Below, one piece after another: positions 49,129 to 59,856 of a stretch of 64,000 bases of DNA. The notes under the pieces were generated by a model. The model did no database searches. It was not told the origin of the DNA and worked only from the letters and a program-made list of their open reading frames with translations. Source of the stretch: Pseudomonadota bacterium (lineage in GTDB: Bacteria; Pseudomonadota; Gammaproteobacteria; Burkholderiales; JAJZUU01). The DNA lies in contig JAJZUU010000007.1 of assembly GCA_021848325.1 (NCBI GenBank), forward strand, positions 2,341 through 66,340, written 5' to 3'. The translations under genes were made by a program, and so were the position numbers. The first letter of the stretch is position 1; each line of letters starts with the position of its first letter.

Positions 49129-49926
49129 ATGCCGAGAACTCGCCTCATTTCCGGTGTATTTGCCGTATCCGTTTTGCTTCTGGCCCCGGCGGCCGGCGCC
49201 TTTGATTTGGGCGGGTTGATCCACAACGAGCAACTCGGCAATCTCGGCAAAGCCATTCCGAAGAACTCGCAGACCTCGGACAACGCGCCCGCATCCGGCG
49301 CCGGTTTGGCCAGCTTCAGCAACAAGGAACAGATCGGCAGCCTGAAACAGGCGCTCACGCAAGGCGCTGAAACCGCGGTATCGAATTTGGCGAAGGAAAA
49401 CGGCTACCTCGGAAATGACAAGGTGCGCATTCCATTGCCGGAAAACTTGCAAAAAGTAGCCAGCCTGCTGCGTACGGTGGGCATGGGGAAATACGCCGAC
49501 GACTTGGAAGTCTCGATGAATCGGGCCGCGGAAGCGGCTGTTCCCGAAGCGAAAACCCTGCTGGTCGGGGCGGTAAAGGGCATGAGCGTGAGCGATGCCA
49601 AGGGCATCCTCAGGGGCAGCGACGATGCCGCCACGCAATACTTCCGCAGGAAAACCGAAACCGCGCTGGCCGGAAAATTCAAGCCGATCGTAGCGAAGTC
49701 GATGCGGAAGGTGAAACTCGCGGAGACGTACGACCAGTTTGCCGCAAAAGGCGCGAAGTTAGGCCTGGTGGATGAACGCGATGCCAAGATGGATGACTAC
49801 ATCACACGCAAGGCATTGGACGGTTTATTCCTGATGATGGCGGAACAGGAAAAGGCGATACGCGCGAATCCATTGGAAGCAACGGGAACTCTGGCGAGGA
49901 AAGTCTTTTCGGCCATCAAATACTAA
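49129..49926 (+). CDS. DUF4197 family exported protein
   Basis: RBS AAGGAGG before ATG 49129; LKQAL.QG, NGY..N..VRIPLP, MNRAAEAA, ATQYF, EKAIRANP. Confidence 0.88.
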   Translation: MPRTRLISGVFAVSVLLLAPAAGAFDLGGLIHNEQLGNLGKAIPKNSQTSDNAPASGAGLASFSNKEQIGSLKQALTQGAETAVSNLAKENGYLGNDKVRIPLPENLQKVASLLRTVGMGKYADDLEVSMNRAAEAAVPEAKTLLVGAVKGMSVSDAKGILRGSDDAATQYFRRKTETALAGKFKPIVAKSMRKVKLAETYDQFAAKGAKLGLVDERDAKMDDYITRKALDGLFLMMAEQEKAIRANPLEATGTLARKVFSAIKY

Positions 49927-49946
49927 CCGACCAAACCACCGCTGTC

Positions 49947-51329
49947 GTGAAAAACCGGAAGCACGCAAACGCCGAAGCGCTGTTTTTCAAGGGAAATCGC
50001 CATATGCAAGCGGGCGACGTTGCCCGCGCCGAAGCGTGCTTCCGCGAAGCGGTGCGAATTGCGCCGGATTTTGCGGAGGGTTACGCCAACCTGGGCTTTC
50101 TTTTGGACAGGCGAGGCGTAACAGATGGCGCGGAAAGCTGTTATCGGCGTTCCATCGAACTTAACCCGGCCTATTCGGAAACCCACCTCAACCTGGGAGC
50201 GCTCCTTGCGAAAGAGAAGCGATTCACCGAGGCCGAGGCGGCCTATAGACGGGCAATCGCGCTCAGTCCACGCGCTCCCGCAGGCTGGTCCAATCTGGGG
50301 GTGCTCTATGCCTGCATGAAACGTGAAGAGGACGCGGAGCAGTGTTACCGCACGGCCATGGCCCTGGATGAGTCCTACGCAAATGCACGATTCAACCTGA
50401 GCTACCTGCTGTTGCGCCAGGGCAGGTTCGAGGAAGGCTGGTACTGTCTTGAGGCGCGCGACTGGTACGCGGCACTGTCCGCCCATCTTGCCTGTCCTCG
50501 CTGGCAGGGGGAATCGCTTGCCGGCAAGTCGATAGTGATCGGCTACGAAGCCGGCCACGGCGATATGATTCAATTCTGCCGATACGCGGCGGTGTTGAAG
50601 GCGCAGGGTGCCGCGTCGATCACCATGATTTGCCACCCCTCCTTGAAGGCCTTGTTCGCGGCACTGGAAGGGGTGGACACCATCATTTCCTTCGACGAGC
50701 AGATTCCGGCATCGGGCTGGGATTTCTGGACCCCCCTCTTTAGCATCCCGTACCATTGCAAAACGCGCCTCGACTCCATTCCGGGGGAAGTCCCCTATCT
50801 GCAGGCTCCGTCAAGCCGAATCGCGAAGTGGGCGTCGCTTCTGCCGGGGAACGGTCTCCGCGTCGGCTTGGTGTGGAAGGGAAACCCGCTATTCGAAAAT
50901 GATGCCGACCGCTCTCTTCCGTCGCTTGATGTGTTGGCACCTTTGGGGGCTATAGCCGGCGTGAATCTTATCAGCCTGCAGAAAGGCGCCGGTGAAGCCG
51001 AGGCAGCGCAGCCACCCGGAGGGATGCATCTCATCGACCTTGGATCCCGGTTAGAGGATTTCGCCGATACGGCCGCCGTCGTGACGAGCCTCGATCTGGT
51101 AGTTTGCGTCGACACGGCCATAGCCCACCTGACCGGTGCCCTCGGGAAGCCGTGCTGGGTATTGTTGCCCGCCTACAAAGCAGACTGGCGCTGGCTGACA
51201 GATCGCACGGATTCGCCATGGTACCCCGGAATCATGCGGCTCTTTCGCCAATCCACAATGGGAGACTGGGCCGCCGTCGTAGCCGAGGTGGCTACCGCCC
51301 TTGAGCATTTGGCGTTGGAGGCGGCCTAA
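49947..51329 (+). CDS. TPR plus glycosyltransferase (GT9-like) protein
   Basis: N-terminal TPRs; EAGHGDMIQFCRY, VGLVWKGNP, FADTAA...LDLVVCVDTAIAHLTGALG, DWRW, SPWYP. Confidence 0.85.
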   Translation: MKNRKHANAEALFFKGNRHMQAGDVARAEACFREAVRIAPDFAEGYANLGFLLDRRGVTDGAESCYRRSIELNPAYSETHLNLGALLAKEKRFTEAEAAYRRAIALSPRAPAGWSNLGVLYACMKREEDAEQCYRTAMALDESYANARFNLSYLLLRQGRFEEGWYCLEARDWYAALSAHLACPRWQGESLAGKSIVIGYEAGHGDMIQFCRYAAVLKAQGAASITMICHPSLKALFAALEGVDTIISFDEQIPASGWDFWTPLFSIPYHCKTRLDSIPGEVPYLQAPSSRIAKWASLLPGNGLRVGLVWKGNPLFENDADRSLPSLDVLAPLGAIAGVNLISLQKGAGEAEAAQPPGGMHLIDLGSRLEDFADTAAVVTSLDLVVCVDTAIAHLTGALGKPCWVLLPAYKADWRWLTDRTDSPWYPGIMRLFRQSTMGDWAAVVAEVATALEHLALEAA

Positions 51330-51375
51330 TCCTTGGAATGGAACGGCCATTCCGCGCACTCCAACCCGGTCAGCC

Positions 51376-52542
51376 TTAGGTTCGGTTTCCGTGCCGCAAC
51401 ACCACCACCTCCGGCTTGGGAAAGCCGTTGAACTCGCTGGCGTAGGCCGTGGAGTAGGCGCCGATGTTTGGGATATAGATGTAGTCCCCCTCTTGCAGGT
51501 CTTCCGGCAGCATCTCGTCGCGCATCATGACGTCCATGGAGTCGCAGGTGGGACCGGCCACGGTGCAGGGGATCTCGGTCCCCGCTCGGTCGGTGTAGAC
51601 CTCGTACTGCATGCCTTCCACCGTCTCCATGAGGCCATGAAACACGCCGGCGTCCAGGTAGATCCAGCGGGTGCCGTGGCGGGTCGCGGTGCCCACCACC
51701 CGGCTTACCATGTAGGCGGAATCGCTCACCAGGAAGCGGCCCGGCTCGGCCATGACGCGGATGGTGTCTGGAATATCCTCCAGGGCCGCCTGGACCGACT
51801 CGCCGATTTTCTCGATGGAGGGAATGGGCTTGATGTGGCGCACCGGGTAGCCGCCGCCGATGTTCAGCAGCCGCGGCTCCAGGCCGTTTTCCCGCATCAT
51901 GTCGAACACCCGCTCGGCGTTGTCGATGCCAATGGCCCAGTTCTCCAGATTGCGGCACTGGGAGCCCACATGGAACGTGACCCCGGCCAGGTCCGCCCTG
52001 AGCCGCACCGCCTCTTCAACGATCTCCCGCGCCTCGGGGAAGGCGGCGCCAAACTTGCCGGACAGCGGCCAGTCGCTGCCGATGTTCTGGGTCTCGATGC
52101 GCAGGTAGAGCTTGGCGTCGGGCTTGATGCCATGAATCTTGCGCAACTCGTCGATACTGTCCAGCACGTACCACTCCACCCCTTTGCCGGCGGCGTAGCG
52201 CAGGTACTCGCTGGACTTGATGGGGTTGCTGTAGTAGACCTCCCGGGCCGGCACGCCGAGGGCCAGCAACAGGTCCAGCTCGGCGATGGAGGCGATCTCG
52301 AAACCGACCCCTTCCTGAAGCATGATCTCGAGCACTTCGGGGTGGGGATTGGCCTTGACCGCGTAATGGGGGTGCACCCGCGGCATGGCGGCCTTGAAGC
52401 GGCGCGCCTTGATCCGCGCCAACTCGGGATCGATCAGCAGGAACGGGGTCTTGTGCCCCTGCTTGACGGCTTCGCGCACCACGGCGAAGTCCAGGCTGGT
52501 TTCGGGATGGGTGTCGTAAATGTCGGCGATGCTGTTGGGCAT
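51376..52542 (-). CDS. Fold-type III PLP ornithine/lysine decarboxylase
   Basis: HYAVKANP, FEIAS, KFG, FHVGSQ, NIGGG, AEPGR, GPTCDSMD, GAY. Confidence 0.93.
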   Translation of the reverse strand: MPNSIADIYDTHPETSLDFAVVREAVKQGHKTPFLLIDPELARIKARRFKAAMPRVHPHYAVKANPHPEVLEIMLQEGVGFEIASIAELDLLLALGVPAREVYYSNPIKSSEYLRYAAGKGVEWYVLDSIDELRKIHGIKPDAKLYLRIETQNIGSDWPLSGKFGAAFPEAREIVEEAVRLRADLAGVTFHVGSQCRNLENWAIGIDNAERVFDMMRENGLEPRLLNIGGGYPVRHIKPIPSIEKIGESVQAALEDIPDTIRVMAEPGRFLVSDSAYMVSRVVGTATRHGTRWIYLDAGVFHGLMETVEGMQYEVYTDRAGTEIPCTVAGPTCDSMDVMMRDEMLPEDLQEGDYIYIPNIGAYSTAYASEFNGFPKPEVVVLRHGNRT

Positions 52543-52632
52543 GGCGGTCTCCTGCGGGGAACCGAGGTTATCGGGATGGGCGTGCGCTGAACACGGCGCC
52601 GGTGGAAATGCCCCTCATCATTTTCTCTCGCC

Positions 52633-54876
52633 TCAGGTGACGCAGTCGACGAAATACGCGGTCTTGCCGTCGATCTCCTCGCGCACCAGGCCGTGGATGT
52701 CGGTCTCGAATCCGGGGAAGCGCTCGTTGAACGCCCGCGCGAACTGAAGGTAGCGCACGATGGTGCTGTTGAAACGCTCCCCGGGGATGAGCAAGGGAAT
52801 GCCGGGGGGGTAAGGGGTGAGCAGCGCGCTGGTGATGCGCCCCTCCAATTGATCGATCTCCACCCGCTCGATCTCGCGGTGGGCCATTTTGGCGAACGCG
52901 TCCGCGGGCTTCATGGCCGGCGCCATCTCGGACAGGTACATCTCGGTGGTAAGCCGCGCCACGTCGCTCGCCCGGTAGATGCTGTGGATCTGGTCGCACA
53001 GGTCCTTAAGGCCGATCTTCTCGTAGCGGGGGTGCTTTTCGACGAATTCCGTCAATACGCGCCACAGGGGGTGATTGCCGTCGTAGTCGGCCTTGAACTG
53101 CTGCAGCGCGGTCAGCATGGTGTTCCAACGGCCCTTGGTGATGCCGATGGTGAACATGATGAAGAAGGAATAGAGCCCGGCCTTTTCCACGATCACCCCG
53201 TGTTCGGCCAGGTACTTGGTGACGATGGCCGCGGGTATGCCGTGCTCCGCGAACTCCCCCGAGACGTCCAGGCCGGGGGTGATCACCGTGGCCTTGATCG
53301 GGTCGAGCATGTTGAATCCGGTGGCGAGACCGCCGAAGCCGTGCCAGCGCTCGCCGGAGCGCAGGACCCAGTCCTCGCGCTCGCCGATGCCCTCTTCCGC
53401 CAGTTCCTCCGGGCCCCACACCCTGAACCACCAGGATTCGCCGAACTCCTCGTCCACCTTGCGCATGGCGCGGCGGAAGTCCAGGGCCTCCAGGATGGAT
53501 TCCTCCACCAGGGCGGTGCCGCCGGGCGGCTCCATCATGGCCGCCGCCACGTCGCAGGAGGCGACGATGGCGTACTGGGGCGAGGTGGAGGTATGCAGCA
53601 GGTAGGCCTCGTTGAAGCGGTGGTGGTCCAGCTTGCGGGTCTCGGAGTCCTGCACCAGTATCTGGGAGGCCTGGGACAGGCCCGCCAGCAGTTTGTGGGT
53701 GGACTGGGTGGAGAACACCAGCGCATCCTTGGACCGGGGCCGGTCCTTGCCGATGGCGTGCATGCTCTTGTAGAAGTCGTGGAAGGTGGCATGGGGCAAC
53801 CATGCCTCGTCGAAGTGCAGGGTGTCGATGTAGCTGCCCAGCAGATCCTTGATGGTGTCCACGTTGTAGAGGATGCCGTCGTAGGTGCTCTGGGTGATGG
53901 TCAGGATGCGGGGCTTCGACTTGACGTGCCGGGCGAACGGGTGCGCCTCGATCTTGCGCTGGATGTTCTCCGGCCGGAATTCGTCCAGGGGAATCGGCCC
54001 GATGATGCCGTAGTGATTGCGCGTGGGCGTCAGGAACACCGGGATCGCGCCGGTCAGAATAATGGCGTGCAATATCGACTTGTGGCAGTTGCGGTCGACG
54101 ATCACCACATCGTCCGGGGCCACGGTGGCATGCCACACCATCTTGTTGGAGGCCGAGGTGCCGTTGGTGACGAAGAACAGGTGGTCGCACGAGAAGATGC
54201 GCGCCGCATTGTGCTCGGAAGCGGCCACCGGCCCCGAGTGGTCGAGCAGTTGCCCCAGTTCCTCCACCGCGTTGCACACGTCGGCGCGCAGCAGATTCTC
54301 CCCGAAGAACTGGTGGAACATCTGCCCGATCGGGCTCTTCAGGAAGGCGACGCCGCCGGAATGCCCCGGGCAATGCCAGGAATAGGAGCCGTCCGCCGCG
54401 TAGTGGGTCAGGGCCCGGAAGAAGGGCGGCACGATGGAGTCGAGGTAGGCCCGGGCCTCGCGGGCGATGTAACGCGCCAGGAATTCCGGCGTATCCTCCA
54501 GCATGTGGATGAAGCCGTTGAGCTGGCGCAGGATGTCGTTCGGGATATGGCGCGAGGTGCGCGTTTCGCCGTGTAGAAAGATGGGGATCTCGGCGTTGCG
54601 GAAACGGATTTCCTCGACGAAGGTGCGCAGCCGGGCCAGGGCGTCCCGCGCCTGCTCCGGCGAGCCCGACAGTTCCTCGTCGTCGATCGAGAGAATGAAG
54701 GCGGAGGCGCGCGACTGCTGCTGGGCGAAGGACGAGAGGTCGCCGTAACTGGTGACCCCCAGCACCTCTATGCCCTCGCCCTCGATGGCCTTGGCCAGGA
54801 CGCGGACATTGATGCCGCTCGCGTTCTCGGAACGGAAGTCTTCGTCGATGATGATGACGGGAAAACGGAATCGCAT
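52633..54876 (-). CDS. Fold-type I Arg/Lys/Orn decarboxylase with wing domain
   Basis: CPGHSGG, VTNGTS..NK, DRNCHKS, HFDEAW, STQSTHK, TSTSPQY, PYPPGIP. Confidence 0.95.
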   Translation of the reverse strand: MRFRFPVIIIDEDFRSENASGINVRVLAKAIEGEGIEVLGVTSYGDLSSFAQQQSRASAFILSIDDEELSGSPEQARDALARLRTFVEEIRFRNAEIPIFLHGETRTSRHIPNDILRQLNGFIHMLEDTPEFLARYIAREARAYLDSIVPPFFRALTHYAADGSYSWHCPGHSGGVAFLKSPIGQMFHQFFGENLLRADVCNAVEELGQLLDHSGPVAASEHNAARIFSCDHLFFVTNGTSASNKMVWHATVAPDDVVIVDRNCHKSILHAIILTGAIPVFLTPTRNHYGIIGPIPLDEFRPENIQRKIEAHPFARHVKSKPRILTITQSTYDGILYNVDTIKDLLGSYIDTLHFDEAWLPHATFHDFYKSMHAIGKDRPRSKDALVFSTQSTHKLLAGLSQASQILVQDSETRKLDHHRFNEAYLLHTSTSPQYAIVASCDVAAAMMEPPGGTALVEESILEALDFRRAMRKVDEEFGESWWFRVWGPEELAEEGIGEREDWVLRSGERWHGFGGLATGFNMLDPIKATVITPGLDVSGEFAEHGIPAAIVTKYLAEHGVIVEKAGLYSFFIMFTIGITKGRWNTMLTALQQFKADYDGNHPLWRVLTEFVEKHPRYEKIGLKDLCDQIHSIYRASDVARLTTEMYLSEMAPAMKPADAFAKMAHREIERVEIDQLEGRITSALLTPYPPGIPLLIPGERFNSTIVRYLQFARAFNERFPGFETDIHGLVREEIDGKTAYFVDCVT

Positions 54877-54921
54877 GACCCCTCCTTCGTGCCGGTGTTA
54901 AAGAAGCGGGCTAACCGGCGG

Positions 54922-55488
54922 TCAGATCTTGGGCAGCGTCACGCCGTGCTGCCCCTGGTATTTGCCGCCGCGATCCTTGTAGGAGGTCTCGCACACCTCG
55001 TCGGACTCGAAAAACAGCACCTGCGCCACGCCCTCGTTGGCGTAGATCTTGGCCGGCAGCGGCGTGGTGTTGGAGAATTCGAGGGTGACGTAACCTTCCC
55101 ACTCCGGCTCGAACGGCGTCACGTTGACGATGATGCCGCAGCGGGCGTAAGTGGACTTGCCCAGGCAAATGGTCAGGACATTGCGCGGGATGCGGAAATA
55201 CTCCACCGTGCGCGCCAGGGCGAAGGAATTCGGAGGGATGATGCACACGTCCCCTTGGACGTCGACGAAGGAGTTGGGGTCGAAGTTCTTGGGATCGACG
55301 ATGGTGCTGTTGAGGTTGGTGAACAGCTTGAACTCGTCCGAACAGCGGATATCGTAGCCGTAGCTGGAGGTCCCGTAGGAGACCACGCGCCGCCCGTTCA
55401 CCTCCTTGATCTGATTCGCCTCGAACGGCTCGATCATGCCGTAGTCCCCGGCCATGCGGCGAATCCACTTGTCTGATTTGATGCTCAT
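54922..55488 (-). CDS. dcd: dCTP deaminase
   Basis: [36 protein letters not shown]. Confidence 0.97.
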   Translation of the reverse strand: MSIKSDKWIRRMAGDYGMIEPFEANQIKEVNGRRVVSYGTSSYGYDIRCSDEFKLFTNLNSTIVDPKNFDPNSFVDVQGDVCIIPPNSFALARTVEYFRIPRNVLTICLGKSTYARCGIIVNVTPFEPEWEGYVTLEFSNTTPLPAKIYANEGVAQVLFFESDEVCETSYKDRGGKYQGQHGVTLPKI

Positions 55489-55576
55489 AGCGCCAGATTG
55501 GGTAATGTGCGTGACGGGTGACGGGGAATGGGCGATGAGACCGCAATTCCCATCACCCGTTCCTCCTTACCGTTTT

Positions 55577-56665
55577 TTAAGTATTCTGAATCACGATGCT
55601 GGGGAACTTGGCGCTGTGATCCACCGCCTGCTCGCCGATCTTCACCGCCACGCGGCGTGCGATCTGGCGGTAGATCTGGCTGATGCGGCCCTCGGGATCG
55701 GCGGCCACGGTGGGCTTGCCGGTATCGGCCTGCTCGCGGATGTGGATATCCAGCGGCAGCGCGCCCAGGAACTCCACCTCGTAGTCCGCACACATCTTCT
55801 CGCCGCCGCCCTCGCCGAAGATGCGCTCCTCGTGGCCGCACTTGGAGCAGATGTGCATGCTCATGTTCTCCACGATGCCGACGATCGGAATGCCCACCTT
55901 CTCGAACATCTTGAGTCCCTTGCGCGCGTCGATCAGGGCGATGTCCTGGGGCGTGGTGACGATCACCGCGCCGGTCACCGGCACCCGTTGCGCCAGCGTC
56001 AGTTGGATGTCCCCGGTACCCGGCGGCAGGTCCACCACCAGGTAGTCCAGGTCGCGCCAGCGGGTATCGTTGAGCAACTGCTCCAGGGCCTGGGTGACCA
56101 TCGGGCCGCGCCACACCATGGGGGTCTCCACGTCGATCAGGAAACCGATGGACATGGCCTGCAAGCCGTGCCCTTCCATCGGCTCCAGGCTCTTGCCGTC
56201 GCTGGACTCGGGACGCCCCTTGATGCCCAGCATGGTGGGCTGCGAGGGGCCGTAGATGTCGGCGTCCAGCACCCCCACCTTGGCGCCCTCGGCGGCCAGG
56301 GCCAGCGCCAGGTTGACCGCGGTGGTGGACTTGCCCACGCCCCCCTTGCCGGAGGCGACGGCGATAATGTTTTTCACCCCGGGGATCAGCTTGACCCCGC
56401 GCTGCACGGCGTGGGACACGACCTTGAATGTAACGTTGACGTTTACCTCGCCGACGCCGGGAATGGTTTTCAGCTTGTCCGTCACCAGCTTTTTGATCTG
56501 GTCGAGGACGCCTTTGGCTGGATACGACAATACGATGTCGAGGGAGACACTGGCGCCATCGATCTTGATATTTCTGGCCGCTTTACCCGTGACAAAATCC
56601 TTGCGCGTGTCGGGGTCGATGACCTCCTTCAGCGCGGTTTGCACTTGCAGTTCAGAAATTGCCAT
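55577..56665 (-). CDS. apbC: Fe-S cluster carrier ApbC/Mrp
   Basis: ASGKGGVGKST, DADIYGPS, WRGPM, DLPPGTGD, ENMS..C..C. Confidence 0.96.
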   Translation of the reverse strand: MAISELQVQTALKEVIDPDTRKDFVTGKAARNIKIDGASVSLDIVLSYPAKGVLDQIKKLVTDKLKTIPGVGEVNVNVTFKVVSHAVQRGVKLIPGVKNIIAVASGKGGVGKSTTAVNLALALAAEGAKVGVLDADIYGPSQPTMLGIKGRPESSDGKSLEPMEGHGLQAMSIGFLIDVETPMVWRGPMVTQALEQLLNDTRWRDLDYLVVDLPPGTGDIQLTLAQRVPVTGAVIVTTPQDIALIDARKGLKMFEKVGIPIVGIVENMSMHICSKCGHEERIFGEGGGEKMCADYEVEFLGALPLDIHIREQADTGKPTVAADPEGRISQIYRQIARRVAVKIGEQAVDHSAKFPSIVIQNT

Positions 56666-56885
56666 GTCCAGACTCCTTACGCAGTAGTAACTTTAGAAAG
56701 TGTGCAAGTTTAAACAATATTGAAGCTGGCGCATACTGTATTGTTAGCGCCGGAAAGACCAGTCTTAACCCCTTGCCGGAGAGGGGAAATGGGGCACCGG
56801 CGGCGCCCCGTCCGGTGGCGGTTAATGCATTGCGCCGCCGCAAAGGCTAAAATGGGGGTTTCCATCCGCAAGCAGACCGCCACCG

Positions 56886-59000
56886 ATGACGCGCAAGATC
56901 CTCGTTACCTCCGCCCTGCCCTACGCCAACGGCAGCATTCACCTGGGACACCTGGTGGAATACGTCCAGACCGATATCTGGGTGCGATTCCAGAAAATGC
57001 AAGGCCACGAATGCTGGTACGTGTGCGCCGACGACACCCACGGCACGCCCATCATGCTTCGCGCGGAGAAGGAGGGCATCACGCCGGAGGCGCTGATCGA
57101 GCGGGTACACGGCGAGCACTTGCGGGATTTCACCGGATTCCACGTCGGATTCGACAATTACTATTCCACCAATTCCGACGAAAACCGCCAGTTGTCCCAG
57201 GGCATCTACCGCAGGCTGCGGAATGCGGGCCTGATCGAGGCGCGCACCATCGAGCAGTTCTACGACCCGCAGAAGGACATGTTCCTGCCGGACCGCTTCA
57301 TCAAGGGGGAATGCCCCAAGTGCCATGCCAAGGACCAGTACGGCGATTCCTGCGAGGCCTGCGGTGCCAGCTACGCCCCCACCGATCTGATCGAGCCCTA
57401 CTCCGCGGTATCCGGCGCCAAGCCGGTGCGCCGGGAGTCCGAGCACTACTTCTTCAAGCTGGGCGAGTGCGAGGCCTTTCTCCGGGAATGGACCCGGGGC
57501 GGGCATTTGCAGCCGGAGGCCGCCAACAAGATGGCGGAGTGGTTCGAGGCCGGGCTGCAAAGCTGGGACATCTCCCGGGATGCCCCCTACTTCGGGTTCG
57601 AGATCCCGGACGCCCCCGGCAAGTATTTTTACGTCTGGCTGGACGCCCCGGTGGGCTACATGGCGAGCTTCGGGAACCTGTGCGCACAGCGCGGGCTGGA
57701 TTTCGACGCCTTCTGGCGCGAAGGCTCCGAGACCGAACTGTACCACTTCATCGGCAAGGACATCCTGTATTTCCACGCCCTGTTCTGGCCGGCCATGCTG
57801 CAATACTCCGGCTACCGCACCCCCACCAAAATCTTCGCCCACGGCTTCCTCACCGTGGACGGGCAAAAGATGTCCAAGTCCCGCGGAACCTTCATCACCG
57901 CCGAGAGCTACCTGAAGCAGGGCCTCGACCCCGAATGGCTGCGCTACTACTACGCCGCCAAGCTCAATGGCTCCATGGAGGACATCGACCTCAACCTGGA
58001 AGACTTCGTGGCCCGGGTGAACTCGGACCTGGTGGGCAAGTACATCAACATCGCCAGCCGGACGGTGGGATTCGTCACCAAGCGCTTCGGCGGCAAGTTG
58101 TGCCGCGCTCTTTCCGCCGAGGCGCAGGGGGTAATCGACCGATTCGGCCGCGAGCGGCCGGGGGCGCCCGCCAGGGAAGCGCTCATCGCCGCCCACTACG
58201 ACAACCGCGAGTACGGCAAGGCCCTGCGGGAAGTGATGGCTCTGGCCGACATTGCCAACCAGTACGTGGACGAGCAGAAGCCCTGGGAACTGGCCAAGCA
58301 GGAAGGGCAGGAGGCCCGGCTGCACGAAGTCTGCACCGTCAGCCTGAACCTGTTCCGGCTGCTCACCCTCTATCTCAAGCCGGTGCTGCCCGAGCTAGCG
58401 GAAAAAGTTGAAAGTTTCCTCAACATCCCGCCGCTGAAGTGGACGGACGGGCAGCAGTTGCTGCTCGATCATGCGATCACGCCCTACCAGCACCTCATGA
58501 CCCGCATCGACCCGAAACAGATCGACGCGCTGGTCGCGGCCAACCGGGAAAATCTCAAGGCCGCGCCCGCGCCGGAACCACACTCTCCGGTCCGCCATGG
58601 TGAGAAGCAGCAGCATTCCCCCTCTCCCCAATCCTCTCCCGTGGGGGGAGAGAGGGCAAACGTCGGCGCTATCGCGCCGATGGTTTCGATCGAAGACTTC
58701 GCCAAGATCGATCTGCGCATCGCCAGGATCGTCAGTGCGGAGCATGTGGAAGGGGCGGACAAGCTGCTGCGGCTCACCCTGGACATCGGCACCGACACCC
58801 GCACCGTGTTCGCCGGCATCAAGACCGCCTACGCCCCGGAACTGCTCGTGGGGCGGCTGACCGTGATGGTGGCCAACCTGGCCCCGCGCAAGATGCGCTT
58901 CGGCGAGTCCCGGGGCATGGTACTGGCGGCGGGCGACGGCGGCAGCCTCTACCTGCTCGGCCCGGACGAGGGCGCCCGCCCCGGAATGCGGGTCAAATAG
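56886..59000 (+). CDS. metG: Methionyl-tRNA synthetase
   Basis: HLGH, Zn knuckle CPKC..CEAC, KMSKS, C-terminal tRNA-binding domain. Confidence 0.98.
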   Translation: MTRKILVTSALPYANGSIHLGHLVEYVQTDIWVRFQKMQGHECWYVCADDTHGTPIMLRAEKEGITPEALIERVHGEHLRDFTGFHVGFDNYYSTNSDENRQLSQGIYRRLRNAGLIEARTIEQFYDPQKDMFLPDRFIKGECPKCHAKDQYGDSCEACGASYAPTDLIEPYSAVSGAKPVRRESEHYFFKLGECEAFLREWTRGGHLQPEAANKMAEWFEAGLQSWDISRDAPYFGFEIPDAPGKYFYVWLDAPVGYMASFGNLCAQRGLDFDAFWREGSETELYHFIGKDILYFHALFWPAMLQYSGYRTPTKIFAHGFLTVDGQKMSKSRGTFITAESYLKQGLDPEWLRYYYAAKLNGSMEDIDLNLEDFVARVNSDLVGKYINIASRTVGFVTKRFGGKLCRALSAEAQGVIDRFGRERPGAPAREALIAAHYDNREYGKALREVMALADIANQYVDEQKPWELAKQEGQEARLHEVCTVSLNLFRLLTLYLKPVLPELAEKVESFLNIPPLKWTDGQQLLLDHAITPYQHLMTRIDPKQIDALVAANRENLKAAPAPEPHSPVRHGEKQQHSPSPQSSPVGGERANVGAIAPMVSIEDFAKIDLRIARIVSAEHVEGADKLLRLTLDIGTDTRTVFAGIKTAYAPELLVGRLTVMVANLAPRKMRFGESRGMVLAAGDGGSLYLLGPDEGARPGMRVK
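58618..58656. repeat. REP-like palindrome inside metG
   Basis: CCCCCTCTCCCCAATCCTCTCCCGTGGGGGGAGAGAGGG, encoding [13 protein letters not shown]. Confidence 0.55.
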
Positions 59001-59014
59001 GGCGGGCAGACCGA

Positions 59015-59038
59015 AAAAAGCGGCCTGGGCCGCTTTTT
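59015..59038. terminator. Bidirectional intrinsic terminator
   Basis: AAAAAGCGGCC-TG-GGCCGCTTTTT between convergent metG and the DsrE-family gene. Confidence 0.8.
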
Positions 59039-59053
59039 CCAACCCCGGGCCGG

Positions 59054-59488
59054 TCAGGGTTTGAGATAGACGTAGCCTTCCCTGGCCTGCAGCTTGGCCA
59101 CCTCGGCCACCCCGGAAGGAACGATCTTGACCCCGGGCAACACCGTCTTGGGATCGATCTTGCGGCTATTCAGCGTGTTGTTGCACACATCGAACTGCAC
59201 CCCCCGGGCCATCAATTGCTCCACCGGGATGTTATAGGGGTTGCCGTTCTTGTCCTGGGCACCCTCCAGCAGGAAATCGATGCCCTTGCCATGGGTCACC
59301 ACCACGATCTTGGCAGTGGGGTCCGCGTTGAGGTGGTTGTTGATATTGCCCATGGCGGCCGACGCCACCTGCGTATCGTTGACGTGGTAGACCACCTTGA
59401 TCGGCTCTTCGGCGGCAGACGTGCCGCCCACCATACCGAACAATCCGAGCAGGGTAGTCAATGAAATTGCCAGATGCAGTTTGTGCAT
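59054..59488 (-). CDS. Exported DsrE-family protein
   Basis: Signal peptide; KVVYHVN, VVTHGKGI.FL, FDVCNNTL, VPSGVAEVAKLQ..GYVYLKP. Confidence 0.85.
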   Translation of the reverse strand: MHKLHLAISLTTLLGLFGMVGGTSAAEEPIKVVYHVNDTQVASAAMGNINNHLNADPTAKIVVVTHGKGIDFLLEGAQDKNGNPYNIPVEQLMARGVQFDVCNNTLNSRKIDPKTVLPGVKIVPSGVAEVAKLQAREGYVYLKP

Positions 59489-59856
59489 TGTCTCGTCTCC
59501 TCATGGTTTTTAGGTTGGTACTGCCATCCCGGCGGCAGGCAATGGCATGAAAAACCATGTTTCATACCGCCGCCAATAGCCTGGAGCGGGCGCTGCCGGC
59601 GCGAGCCCGACCTGGCCAGCCCATAGCTTAACGCTTTATCCGGATCACTTCCACCCCGATAAAAGTATGGTTTATCCGGTTCGCATGGCAAGCCGAACCG
59701 AGCTTCCGCCGATTGCGCAATTTGCCGGCCCCACCCGTTGTAGTCGCCCGATGAAACCAAACCGCCCCCGATGTTGACTAATTTGTCCGCGCTGTTGTTC
59801 CAGAGCGTGCTCTGGGACATGCTTGTCCCACCCAAATATGATCAGGAGAAAAATTC

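Noticed and set aside
59458-59835. 125-aa minus-strand ORF between the DsrE-family gene and dsbG
   Set aside because: No recognisable motif or RBS, and it overlaps the DsrE start; could be a remnant but unsupported
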